From positions 11,532,001 to 11,596,000 of the forward strand of contig OZ176053.1 of assembly GCA_964247055.1 (NCBI GenBank): DNA of 64,000 bases, in the 5' to 3' direction. The translations under genes were made by a program, and so were the position numbers. Positions 14,578-25,300 of this stretch are shown one piece after another. Every line of letters begins with the position of its first letter. Within the stretch, counting starts at the first letter, position 1. The notes beneath the pieces are model-generated. The model was not told where the DNA came from and did not search any database. It saw only the letters and a list, made by a program, of their open reading frames with translations. Source of the DNA: Paragordius varius. Taxonomy: Eukaryota > Animalia > Nematomorpha.

Positions 14578-15769
14578 TTAGCAATATTTCTTAATTTAAT
14601 TATAATTTTAAACACGATTGTGTCACATAGAAGTTTAAGTTGGACCTATGCAAAATACATGGTATGGCATACATCCACCCGAAGAAAATCGCACCTATGA
14701 TACAGACACCTCCAGACATTAAGGTGTGAAAATGTATTTAGTTTTTTTTCTTTTCTTACTTTTTAGAGAAAGTGGTTCACACAATAAGTGATAAATTAAT
14801 TAATTTATTATAAATGAATATAAAATGATATTTTTATTATATAATTATAAAAATGAATGGTAAAACAAAAACACTGTTTATACAAATGGTATTTTTAGAG
14901 CAGTTTTACGTATTTAAATCAAATGATTTAATTTGGACATAAAAATATCCAAATGCTTTAAAATTTTATAGTTTAGAAAAATAATATACAGCTAATTAGT
15001 ATATTTTTACATTTATCAAAATAGGGTATAATAAATCGGTAGTTAATTTTTTTATGGGGTTCAAAATATATTTTTTTAAACGATCATATTATATTAGATT
15101 ATTAAAGAATATGCAAAATCATCTTACTTTTTAATAACACAAATTCTTTAATTTATAATAATTATATTATCATTAATATTGGTTTATGACACAGCAATAC
15201 ATATAAATTGATAACATAGAATTTTTATTATTATTATATCTCCAAAATGCTTAAATTTCTCTCTAAATGGAAAAATATTCGAAAACCTATTAAACAAATG
15301 AGGATGTATGGTATTTAAGTTTTTTATGATTATTTATTAGATATGCCACCCGAAATTTTATTTATTTATTTCTTTGTGCTATGATATGAAGGAAAACTCT
15401 AAAACCATGGAAAAATAATTAAAGGGCGATGATACATCATAGGGACATTTTACACTTTAATTTTATTTATATACTATATAAAAATCTGTTGTAAAGAAAT
15501 TATTTATGAGTTTCAAGTAATTGGTTATTTCAAATTTAGCCGTAAAATCAAAGAAAAATCGTTTATTATTGAATATTTTTATCAGGATATTGATTTTCCT
15601 ATTTAATTTCCTATTCGTTTTCTATTTTATTGGGAATACTTTCGTCAAAATTGTCATTATTGCTGATTATTTACATCGGATATTAATCCACAAAATTTAT
15701 TGTTTCCAAATGTACCCACCCAATTAGGTATAATTTCGATTGAAACGCTCTGACATTGTATTGTATACA

Positions 15770-15800
<31 letters not shown>

Positions 15801-15906
15801 GGGTATGGCGGGAAAGGTATGAAGTACGTATCATGTTTTATCATAGTCACTCTTTATAAATTTATTAACATAGATAGTTCTGCCACAGAAAACTACCCCA
15901 AATATA

Positions 15907-16148
15907 CAGTAAAAATTGAAATTATACGGATAAAACGTAGAAATGTAATATCAAATACTACCCTACTTTTGTGAACCTTAATTTTTTATATATTAATCAC
16001 ATTTAATTACGATTTAAAATGCAGAATTAATAGGGCACCAATAATGAGTTATATTTAAAGAAAATTATAAATAGTACAGCCGCCTTAAAAAAATATTTAT
16101 CTTTATATTTTTACGTTTTGTCCGTATAATTTCCATCCGTATTTACTG
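15907..16148. mobile_element. MITE family 2 copy
   Basis: TA|CAGTAAA...TTTACTG|TA; same TIR as 14220-14492. Confidence 0.65.
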
Positions 16149-16312
16149 TAATAATTTATAATGCATATAAAGTATTCAATAATACAACCATATGTAATAA
16201 AATTGTAATAATCATTTATTGAGATATTTGAAAAAATAAATTTGATTATATAAGATTTGTTTTAATTTTATTGGATTTATCATAAACGTTTTTTTGTAAT
16301 AACACATACACA

Positions 16313-17359
16313 CACTATGTGCAAAATTTTCAACAAAATAATTTTTTTTCATGAGATAGGTTATGACCAGTTTAATCATTTGCCGTAAAAATTCTTATTT
16401 GTTCACGACCTAGTTTTTAAAACTTTGAGAGAAAATAGAAATCGGGCTATAAGGTAAAATTAAGGATAATTCAGATAAATCAACTAATCATAAAAGTTGA
16501 GATATTATGGTTTATTATCATTTTAGAGAAATTTACAAAATCATATAGTTAGGGTTTCTAAAATATTTTATAAAATGACGTTTTTCTTTTAACATACTTA
16601 AAAATACATTAAAATATTCAAATATTTACTAGCTAAACTCACTATTGAAATATAACATTTATATTTTATTCAGTAAAAACTTATATATCAAAATAAAACA
16701 AAAAAATATTGTTTTAATTTTTCATTTTTTCATCTGAATATGAGTGTATAAAAAATTAATACTGTTTTTTTTTGGATTTTTACATGAGTGGGAATTATAA
16801 AGTATATAATTTATGCCAAATAAGATTAAAAAGTAGTGGAATATCAACCAACAATCCGTACGAATCCCAATAAAAATATTAATTTGTGTTAAAACAAACT
16901 TATTACAGGGATTTATAAAATTGGTTGAAATTCCACTATTTTTAATACTATTTTGTATAATATAACTTTATAATTCCCACTCCTGTAAGATTCCAAAATA
17001 AAACACTAAAAATTCAAACCAGATGACAAAAAATGAAAATAAAACAGTTTTAGATTTATTTGATATATAAGTTTACTGAATAATATATGAATGAGTTAAG
17101 ATTTTAATAGCGAGTTTAGCTAGTAAGTAATTAAAAAAATTATTTTAATATAGTTACATTTTTTTGTAAGTTTGTTAAAAAAACGGCATCTTTTAAACTC
17201 AGATTCTATAGAAACCCTAATATTATTTCAGGCTATTTATATATTAGAATTATCTCCTAAAATCATATTAACCATAATATCTCATGTTATAAATTTCTTT
17301 AGGCATATCTCATGAAAAAAAATTGTTAAAAAATTTAACCCTCTTTTTTGCACACAGTG
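16313..17359. mobile_element. ~1.05-kb palindromic (fold-back) non-autonomous element
   Basis: Ends CACTATGTGCAAAA / TTTTGCACACAGTG; arms stay complementary inward to ~16850-16910; ~100-bp deletion in the right arm; partial copy at 22025-22340. Confidence 0.7.
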
Positions 17360-19011
17360 CACAAAGGCATAGCTTTAAAAAATATCAAATTCGTGATTAG
17401 CACCATCATAACGGGTAATTTTTATATATTATTAAAACTTTTTAAATACCTATTTAATAAATTAGAATTCGGCATCCCTTCAACTATAGCGCTTGGTGTA
17501 ACTTCCCCCCTAATTACGCCTCTGTTCTTATGACCCATTTGTAAAACGTGGGTTCAGATAGTTAATTATGAGCCTCCCCCCATAATGAAATTTTCAAGAT
17601 TATAATTATCATTATTATGAACTGAAAAGTAGGAGATGATAAATATGGATTATATTAAGTGTATTCCATCGTTTTTGTATGGCTTCACATGGATCATTTA
17701 ACATTTATTATCCGAATCCGACATTATTATTATCGTATCCTTAACATAGCCCAACGATTGTCTTAAACCGATTATAAAAAATAATTTTTACACTTTTCTA
17801 CTCAAATAATTTTATAAATTTGATGACGGTTTACGGCATTATTGCTCTTCGTCTGATAATTAATTTAAAAAGTTTCAAGATGTTTTAGTAGTTAAAACTA
17901 CGAATTTGAAATAAATTATTTTAAATTTGAATGGCAAAAATCCCAACAGTGTGCATTATTTCAATAATGATTAAATATTTATGATTTTGTTTAACATTAA
18001 GGAAATCCATTCTTAAAATACAATCATATCATTATAATTACTCTTAAGTTAGTTAGTTAGTTCGTTAGCTATTAACCCCAATATATTCTATATATTTCCC
18101 ATTATTCTTATTGTTATCATTCTTGCATTAATTTTTTGCATATCTTTTCACTTGTTGGAATATAAAAATTGATTACATTGTAAGTGATATTAATCAATAT
18201 TTTAGGGATATATCTCTATTTTTATTAAAATAAATAAATTTCAACAGCTCGTAAAACAATATTATATTATATTCTATTATATAAAACATTTTAACCATTT
18301 GTTAATTAAGCAAAATAAATATGCATGAAAAATCATAAGATAAAAATAGTTATGATTTTTGTAGTAAATTAATAAATTATAGTTGTGTAAAAATATTTTT
18401 TGGGGTAGAAATTGCAAATATAAATATTAATTAAATTTTAATACAAATATATAAATATTGTTAAATATTCATTAACGTATAATTACTTTAAATTAAATAC
18501 ATATAGCAGTCAAGCACAAAAGGAAGCCCCTTATCTGGACAATCCTTGAGTTTTCTTATACCTTTTCAAAAATTCAAAGCTATCTGGAATACATATATCT
18601 AATATCTCATAAAAATGATAATATAATTATAACTAACACACACATATAACGAATGAATAGTGTACATGAATATAAAATGTCCTAAACTTACATTGCACGA
18701 AAGTAGAGATATTTTACATCATGATAGTTAAAAATTAAAGCAGGAATCTTTTCTATAAATATTGTCACATATACATGCGACCACGGATTATAAAAAACGA
18801 CGTATTCCAACGCAACGCATATGATATTCATTAGAAAACGAAACGGAACGAAACGAAATAAAACTAAACTTTAATTAATTTTTTATTATCATTTTGTTCG
18901 TGTACATTATATATATACATACGCTTATACATATATCCTAGTCATTTTAAAATCTACTTAAACCGCAGGTTAGCGCCATTCTGGATTTCAGGATTATATA
19001 ATATAATTTTA

Positions 19012-21339
19012 ATGTGCATAACAACCAATACCATTTTCATATATCTATCTTTGATATTCTATGTATGTATGGGTACGTTTGGGCAATCATTAACCTCCCT
19101 TTCAATTCAAAAACTCGTACGCAAGAGGGATGTATTCCCCGAGAGTTCTGTACAATCATCAACTAACGTAGCTATCACCCCATTTACAAATAGCACTGAA
19201 AATGAAGAAAAAAGATTGTTGGAAGAATTGCTCCCTAAATTTAGTGTGTTCCGATTCCAAAAACAGCTTAAAATCGTGCTAATATGTGTCTATTGCACAG
19301 TTAGCTTGATTGGAGCACTGGGAAACGCCTTAGTACTCACAGCACTGCTAAGAAATAAAAAAATGCGTAAATCCCCCCGAAATGCATACATTGGTAATCT
19401 AGCCATTTCCGATTTAATCCTTTGCCTATTTACGAGTCCATTTACATTGTCAAGCTTGATTCGCAAAGATTGGACATTGGGATGGTTTATGTGCAAGCTT
19501 GTGTCGTCCCTTCAAGCGACAAATGTTTTCATATCAACCATGAGTATTACAGCTATTGCTGTGGATAGACATCAAGTTATCTTATATCCTACGGCCCATT
19601 TAACACAAAACCCAGGCCGTAAATCGGTGACGTCAGTTAATTACAGAAACGGTTCTATGTTACCATCCTCTAATTCTATCACACCCTCAAATAATAATGT
19701 GTTGGGTAAAAAGGAATCTACGATTAGTTTAATTCGACAAAAAAGACGATTTTCCTCATTCGCCAAGCGTGAAAGTTCCGGTATTTATTGTAACGAAAAT
19801 CCTAATCAATCCTTAATCTATTCCCATGGGAGTAATATGGGAAAAAAGTCATCTATTCCTATTCTTCTCAATAATCTGGTCAGATCACTCAGTTCTAGAT
19901 GTAAATCAAAGCAACTTGATCTCAGTGTTAATAATAATCATTTAACTGAACAAATAAAACAGGATCCCAACCCTAATCATTATCGATTAAGTAATTTAAA
20001 TTTTTTGCCCAATATTATTAGTAAACCTACGAATGTCACACGAGGACTATGCTTTATCTGGTTGGCATCTATCATTATGGCAGCTCCTTTATTCATATTC
20101 CATTCTATGGTACAAGTTCCCATATTCGGGTTTCAAATCTGTTTTGAAAATTGGCCAAGAGGACCAACCGGTCGCATCACATACTCTATATGTTCTATTT
20201 TATTTCAATATGTCTTACCTATTATTGTGGTGTCAGTTTCATATGTTCGTATAGCAAGAAAATTACAGAAGCAAGAAAAATCAAAGGCTCATCCTTTGAA
20301 CACAAAGGCACAAAACCAAACAACAACAAAATATGGATCGCTGACTCCTTTCCTAAGTATGTTAAATAGCTGGATACAAAATTTCGTATTATTTAGGCAT
20401 AAAAGGAAGCCCATTGGTGTACAAAATGATTCCAAAAATTTATTCCAAAACTGTAGTAATACTTATAAATTTACCAGGGATTCACGTGTATCAGATCAAG
20501 ATGAAACAACGATAGAGCTTATCCCGCAAGATTCTACAACTGCAAATAGGTTGGATTTGCCTAATCTCATATTACCTAAAGAGGAACCATATCAAGTTAG
20601 TCATAAAACTAAACCGTTAAGAAGTATCCCTATATACATTACTGTGCACCAGGAAGAAAATAGTCCACCTTCAAATACTTTAAAAACTATCCCATCTCCT
20701 ATTAGGAGGAATAGCATAAGCAATACGGCTTTAAATTTCAATCGTCATAATAATAATAATAATAATACCAGTATATTTAGTGAAAATAGTAATAATCCTA
20801 CATTAATCCATCCTTTTACAGTAATCTCTGGTGGAGGTGGTAGAAGCAAGTCTATTAATGTTACAACGCAATCTAAAATCCAAAACAACATTACTAAAAC
20901 CCCATGTAAACTTGATAAAGATAATCTTAAAATCCTTGATAATAGCGGCGGTACATATTTAAAAGACCCGCTACAGGGTGGTAACATCCCCAAAAAAACA
21001 GATGCGGAACAAAAAAAGCTACAAGCAATTCATAAAAAACGGAAACGCACCAACTTTTTATTGGTTAGTATAGCTTTGGTGTTTGGGATAAGTTGGCTAC
21101 CCCTAAATTTATTTAACATCTTTTCTGACATTGAAATCGTAGCATCTTCCAAACTGTTTAGTCGGCTTGATTTACCCCTCATATATGCGTGCTGTCACTT
21201 GTTTGGTATGAGTTCGGCTTGTACCAATCCCATTTTATATGGCTGGTTAAATGACAATTTCCGTAAAGAATTTCAATCATTGTTTTCATTCCTTAGGTGG
21301 AACAAACATAAAAACGGGAAAAACCGTCGGTCTAATTGA
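19012..21339 (+). CDS. NPFR: Neuropeptide F/Y receptor-like class A GPCR, single coding exon, 775 aa, with expanded ICL2 and ICL3
   Basis: Uninterrupted ORF. TM1 GN (LGNALV), TM2 NLAISDLILC, TM3 CKLV...SITAIAVDRH, TM4 IWLASIIMAAP, ECL2 CFENWP, TM5 FQYVLP, TM6 FGISWLPLN, TM7 CHLFGMSSACTNPILYGWLNDNFRKEF. The TM6/TM7 segments closely resemble invertebrate NPF receptors as I recall them. Orthology (NPFR versus another NPY-family receptor) needs a tree. Confidence 0.9.
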   Translation: MCITTNTIFIYLSLIFYVCMGTFGQSLTSLSIQKLVRKRDVFPESSVQSSTNVAITPFTNSTENEEKRLLEELLPKFSVFRFQKQLKIVLICVYCTVSLIGALGNALVLTALLRNKKMRKSPRNAYIGNLAISDLILCLFTSPFTLSSLIRKDWTLGWFMCKLVSSLQATNVFISTMSITAIAVDRHQVILYPTAHLTQNPGRKSVTSVNYRNGSMLPSSNSITPSNNNVLGKKESTISLIRQKRRFSSFAKRESSGIYCNENPNQSLIYSHGSNMGKKSSIPILLNNLVRSLSSRCKSKQLDLSVNNNHLTEQIKQDPNPNHYRLSNLNFLPNIISKPTNVTRGLCFIWLASIIMAAPLFIFHSMVQVPIFGFQICFENWPRGPTGRITYSICSILFQYVLPIIVVSVSYVRIARKLQKQEKSKAHPLNTKAQNQTTTKYGSLTPFLSMLNSWIQNFVLFRHKRKPIGVQNDSKNLFQNCSNTYKFTRDSRVSDQDETTIELIPQDSTTANRLDLPNLILPKEEPYQVSHKTKPLRSIPIYITVHQEENSPPSNTLKTIPSPIRRNSISNTALNFNRHNNNNNNTSIFSENSNNPTLIHPFTVISGGGGRSKSINVTTQSKIQNNITKTPCKLDKDNLKILDNSGGTYLKDPLQGGNIPKKTDAEQKKLQAIHKKRKRTNFLLVSIALVFGISWLPLNLFNIFSDIEIVASSKLFSRLDLPLIYACCHLFGMSSACTNPILYGWLNDNFRKEFQSLFSFLRWNKHKNGKNRRSN

Positions 21340-22024
21340 CCTTAATAACGCCTTTAATGATTGGCTAACATGAAAATAAAATGGTTTATATTGTATAAAA
21401 ATTTTATAAATATATATATAGAGTTCACATGTATATTAAAATAAGATTGATCATCAATTCTAATTTACACAATATTTTGTGATTGGGTTATTTCAGCTTA
21501 AGCATACAAATTTATAAAATATTTAAAATGCAAAATTTTGAAAAAGCATTTCTTGTCATATACTTTACGCATGAAAGGTCCTATTGTTAAACCAAAATTT
21601 AAAAACTTTAGTATTTCAGTGTGATATACATTATGATTTCATGAATTTTATATTATATAATTGATGAAAACCAAAAATAAATGTTTAAAAATAGCGCTTA
21701 TATAAATTACTAAGAGATAATTTATTATTATATACATCTTAGTGCCAGTTTGTTGATAATATTAGATATTTAGTATAGCTCTTATCGTACAGATTTAAAG
21801 CGAATAACAACCTTAGGCATGAAAATATAGTACTTTATTAAATTTAGTTTGATTCAAAACCATACCTTAAAAACTTTCATGTTTACAAAAAGAAGTTTAA
21901 TATTTATTACAGATAACCAGTCCTCGGTCATGCATTACTTGATATTCAACATTCTTAAATGTGTATGATCTCATAAAATTATAAAAATACAGCTTGTTGA
22001 AATTGTATTATCTAACTTTATTAA

Positions 22025-22340
22025 CACTGTGTACAAAAAAATTTTATAATTTTTTAACAAAAACTTTTTTTTCATGAGATGGCTTATGACCAGTGAATTC
22101 ATTTACCGCAAAAATTTTAATTTGCTGACGATCTAGTTTTTGATTTATTAAGAGAAAATCGAAATCGGGCAAAAAGTGAAAATTAAGGATAATTAAGGTT
22201 AATTCAAAAAATAATGTTAAAGGTTTAGATATTATAGTTTATTATTTTATAAGTTTCAAAATATAAATAGCCTAATAAATAGGGTTTCCAATTTTAGGCC
22301 AAAAGATGGCGTTTTTAACACACTTAAAAGTCAAAAAAAA
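22025..22340. mobile_element. Partial copy of the 16313-17359 fold-back element
   Basis: TTAA|CACTGTGTACAAAA...CATGAGATGGCTTATGACCAG...AAATCGGGC...AATTAAGGATAATT matches the left arm. Confidence 0.65.
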
Positions 22341-25300
22341 ATTGTTAAAAACAATTATAAGGTAATAATTTTGTTTTATTGGATTAAATACTTTGCAAAA
22401 AAGTGGTAAAGTATTTAATAATTAAAGAAAATTAGGCCAAAAAAACAATTGAAATGTTCAAGGACCAACTTGAAGTGTTTAACTAACTTGAACTGTTCAA
22501 GATTTGAAATGTTCAAGGAACTTAAAGCACAAAGTATACATTATAAGTGAAGAGATGAAAGGCTAACATAATTTCCATCAAGTGTACATTGTATTTTCAT
22601 TAGGAGGATTATCACTAATACAATACACATTATGACAAATATGTAAATAAAAATTATAAAATGATCTATATATCAGAAAAATTGTTTTCAAGAGATTTTG
22701 AAGTTCAGACCGTTTATTTTTTTCCAAACGCCTGCCATGAGTTAAATAAACGGTCCGTTACACTTTGTGCAAACATAGCCATCACCATAAATAGGTCTTC
22801 AGTTTAAGTAGCTCTTTGCCGCTTATCAATCCGAATAAAGTATTCCTAGGCACTTTTTGTTTGTAAAAAGTTTTTCCAACGATAATATTTTACACTCACT
22901 CTCATGGTACCCAACCTTGGTCTTTTCAAGAGGTTATTTATCAGATGGAAAAAATTGTATATAAAAAATCAATGTAAAATCTTCAAATGCGACAACAGGT
23001 GATTTGGCTATTTAGTAAAACGCTTATTAATTTTTAAAATAAAACCTAAAATAAATCAATGAATGTATATGCATAAAAATATTTTTTTGCAATTCGCTTA
23101 AAACTTTTGAAATAATTATACTGAAACGTTTATATCGAATATGCTTGTAGTTTTTTGAAATTCCTGTCTAAGGTTATTAGCTATAAAAATAATTCTTTAG
23201 AGCCTAACCCAGAATAAAGAGAATTTCGTGCATATAATTTGTTAAAAATATATAGAAGGAGGCTACAAACAGATAAAGTGTGTGTGTGTGTGACATTTAA
23301 ATTTGGAAAAATTTTATAATAAACAGCAGATTATATATTATATAAGGATAATTGTTGATTTTTATATACATAGATGAGCAAACTTTGGGATCCTGCATAT
23401 TTTTATTCTATCATATACTAAAAGAGCCCGAATTTAATGGTTTTGCTGATAGCTCTATGGATTATAAAACTGTTAATATTTTATGGTCCAGGAACTTTTT
23501 ATATCTTCAAATAGCCTATTTTCTGATTAAAACTATTACTGGTATAACTTTTATTAATATAATAGTTTTTAGATATTATACAAGAAAAAACAAGGTTATC
23601 ATTTTAAAGTCGCTATAATCAAATTGCTACCTAATAGATTAAAAGTTTTTTTGTTACGAATTTGGGTACAGAAAAGAACACTTAAACTTCCGATGATAAC
23701 TGTACTTTAGAAAATAAAAATCGTTTCCTCTTTAGATCATAACGCTTGATGCTGACCCATAGCTATTAGGGGACCATCAGAATTATTTGGTTTTCTTATT
23801 CTGTTGTTTTTTTGGGGCATCTAACTGGGACAATGGAAGCTTTATATATTTAGTTAATAAAATTTTAAAGGTTAATACTTGTATCAAGTTTTTGTATCAT
23901 TTCAATTAAAAGAAACAAATAGTTTGTTATAATTTAGGAATGCTTTATTATTAACTAACAATTCACAATAGCCCTGTAGATTTTAGGATTAACTGTTATA
24001 TTTCCTACCAATAATATTTTACTTAGTTTTAATTAAATAAACCATAAATTAATTATATATAACTTAAAACAATATCTGTGATCAAATATAAACTTATTTT
24101 ATTAATATATTGACACCATCTTTAAGTGGGTATCAGTGAGTATTACACACGCCGCTGTTTTCAGTAGAGCTGTGTTTTCTTACATTATATCTATTGTTTT
24201 ATAATAACAAATATAATCTGATATCTTTGTAAATTATAAAAAAATATATCTATACTCTAGATTCACCCTAATAGCCGTGTGCTAGATGATATCTTATACA
24301 ACTTTTGTTATTTTTTATAATTTAAAATTTTCCCTGCATATGAGGTCAAACGCAATAGCTTGATTTACGACATAATTAAAATGTTTTAATATGATGCCAT
24401 GTTGTATATTATTATTGGACAAAAATATATTCCCTGTGTAAAATTCCCAAAGAAAATAATTTATGTGGCAAAATTTAATTATTTAATGTCATATAAAAAT
24501 TATGAGAACACACATCATTTCACTAAATCATCCAAAAAAGAAAGCTCTTACGGTTTTTTTGTCTTTTAATATCGAGCCTCTGACATAACAAAAAAATCTA
24601 TGTTTCTAGATTATAATTTTATAATTAGTGCCTGGTTGTATGGGAATGTGTGTCTGCTTTTAACATCCCATATATGTGTAATTCAGAATAACCTTTTTAC
24701 TTAATTAAAATTTATGTTCCCTTTTAATTATTGGACACTATATATATATATATGTAACAGTTTTTAGTTTTTTTAAAAAAAAGATGAGAAAATGGTTAAT
24801 AACCTATCTAAATTCAATTACAAATGTACTTTTTGTTTTCTTACACAATAATTAATTTAGTCTTTAGTGCGACCATATTATATGTAAATTTATATTTCTT
24901 ACAATAATTTCCTCAATTAATTTGTAAAAAAAGAAGATAGTTTACTAAAAAATTCGAGTCTCCTTAAGATAAGTCGGCATCGACAAAAAGGTTAAATAAA
25001 AAATTATTTACCAAACTTAAAGTTTATATCCAGAACGGTCTTAACATTATATTGAAATAACATATGTAATGGTTAAAATAAATGTCAGTTCACCATCTGT
25101 TGGAGGATATACCCTTTATATTAGTTTTTTACAAATATTTTCGCGGGCCGCATTTCGGGAAAATCCGATGGGCTGCATTTGCACAATATATGGGCATTAA
25201 CAAATATTTTTTAGATTTTGATAAAGTAAGTAAATTGCAATTAATTTAAGAATTTTTACGAAAATCGAAAAGACTTGTTGAGAAAAATACTTTTGCTTGG

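Noticed and set aside
17825-17860. Hammerhead-like motif on the minus strand (CAGACGAAG...CGTAAACCGTC)
   Set aside because: Core mismatches in both conserved strands, and no convincing Penelope context.
18834-18870. GAAAC pentamer repeats upstream of NPFR as a regulatory element
   Set aside because: A simple low-complexity repeat with no supporting evidence.
19588-20030. CCTACG direct repeat flanking the ICL2 insert, read as a target-site duplication
   Set aside because: Only 6 bp. Deleting between the copies leaves ICL2/TM4 about 7 residues too short, and there are no TIRs or tail.
19290-20993. Antisense or overlapping ORFs within NPFR, PDCD4 exons and the RTE ORF
   Set aside because: Shadow frames of real coding sequence, with no independent motifs.
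19594-21020. GPCR loop inserts as unrecognised introns
   Set aside because: Both stay open for 140-225 codons in AT-rich DNA, and I found no GT-AG pairs that cleanly restore normal loop lengths. RNA-seq is still needed.
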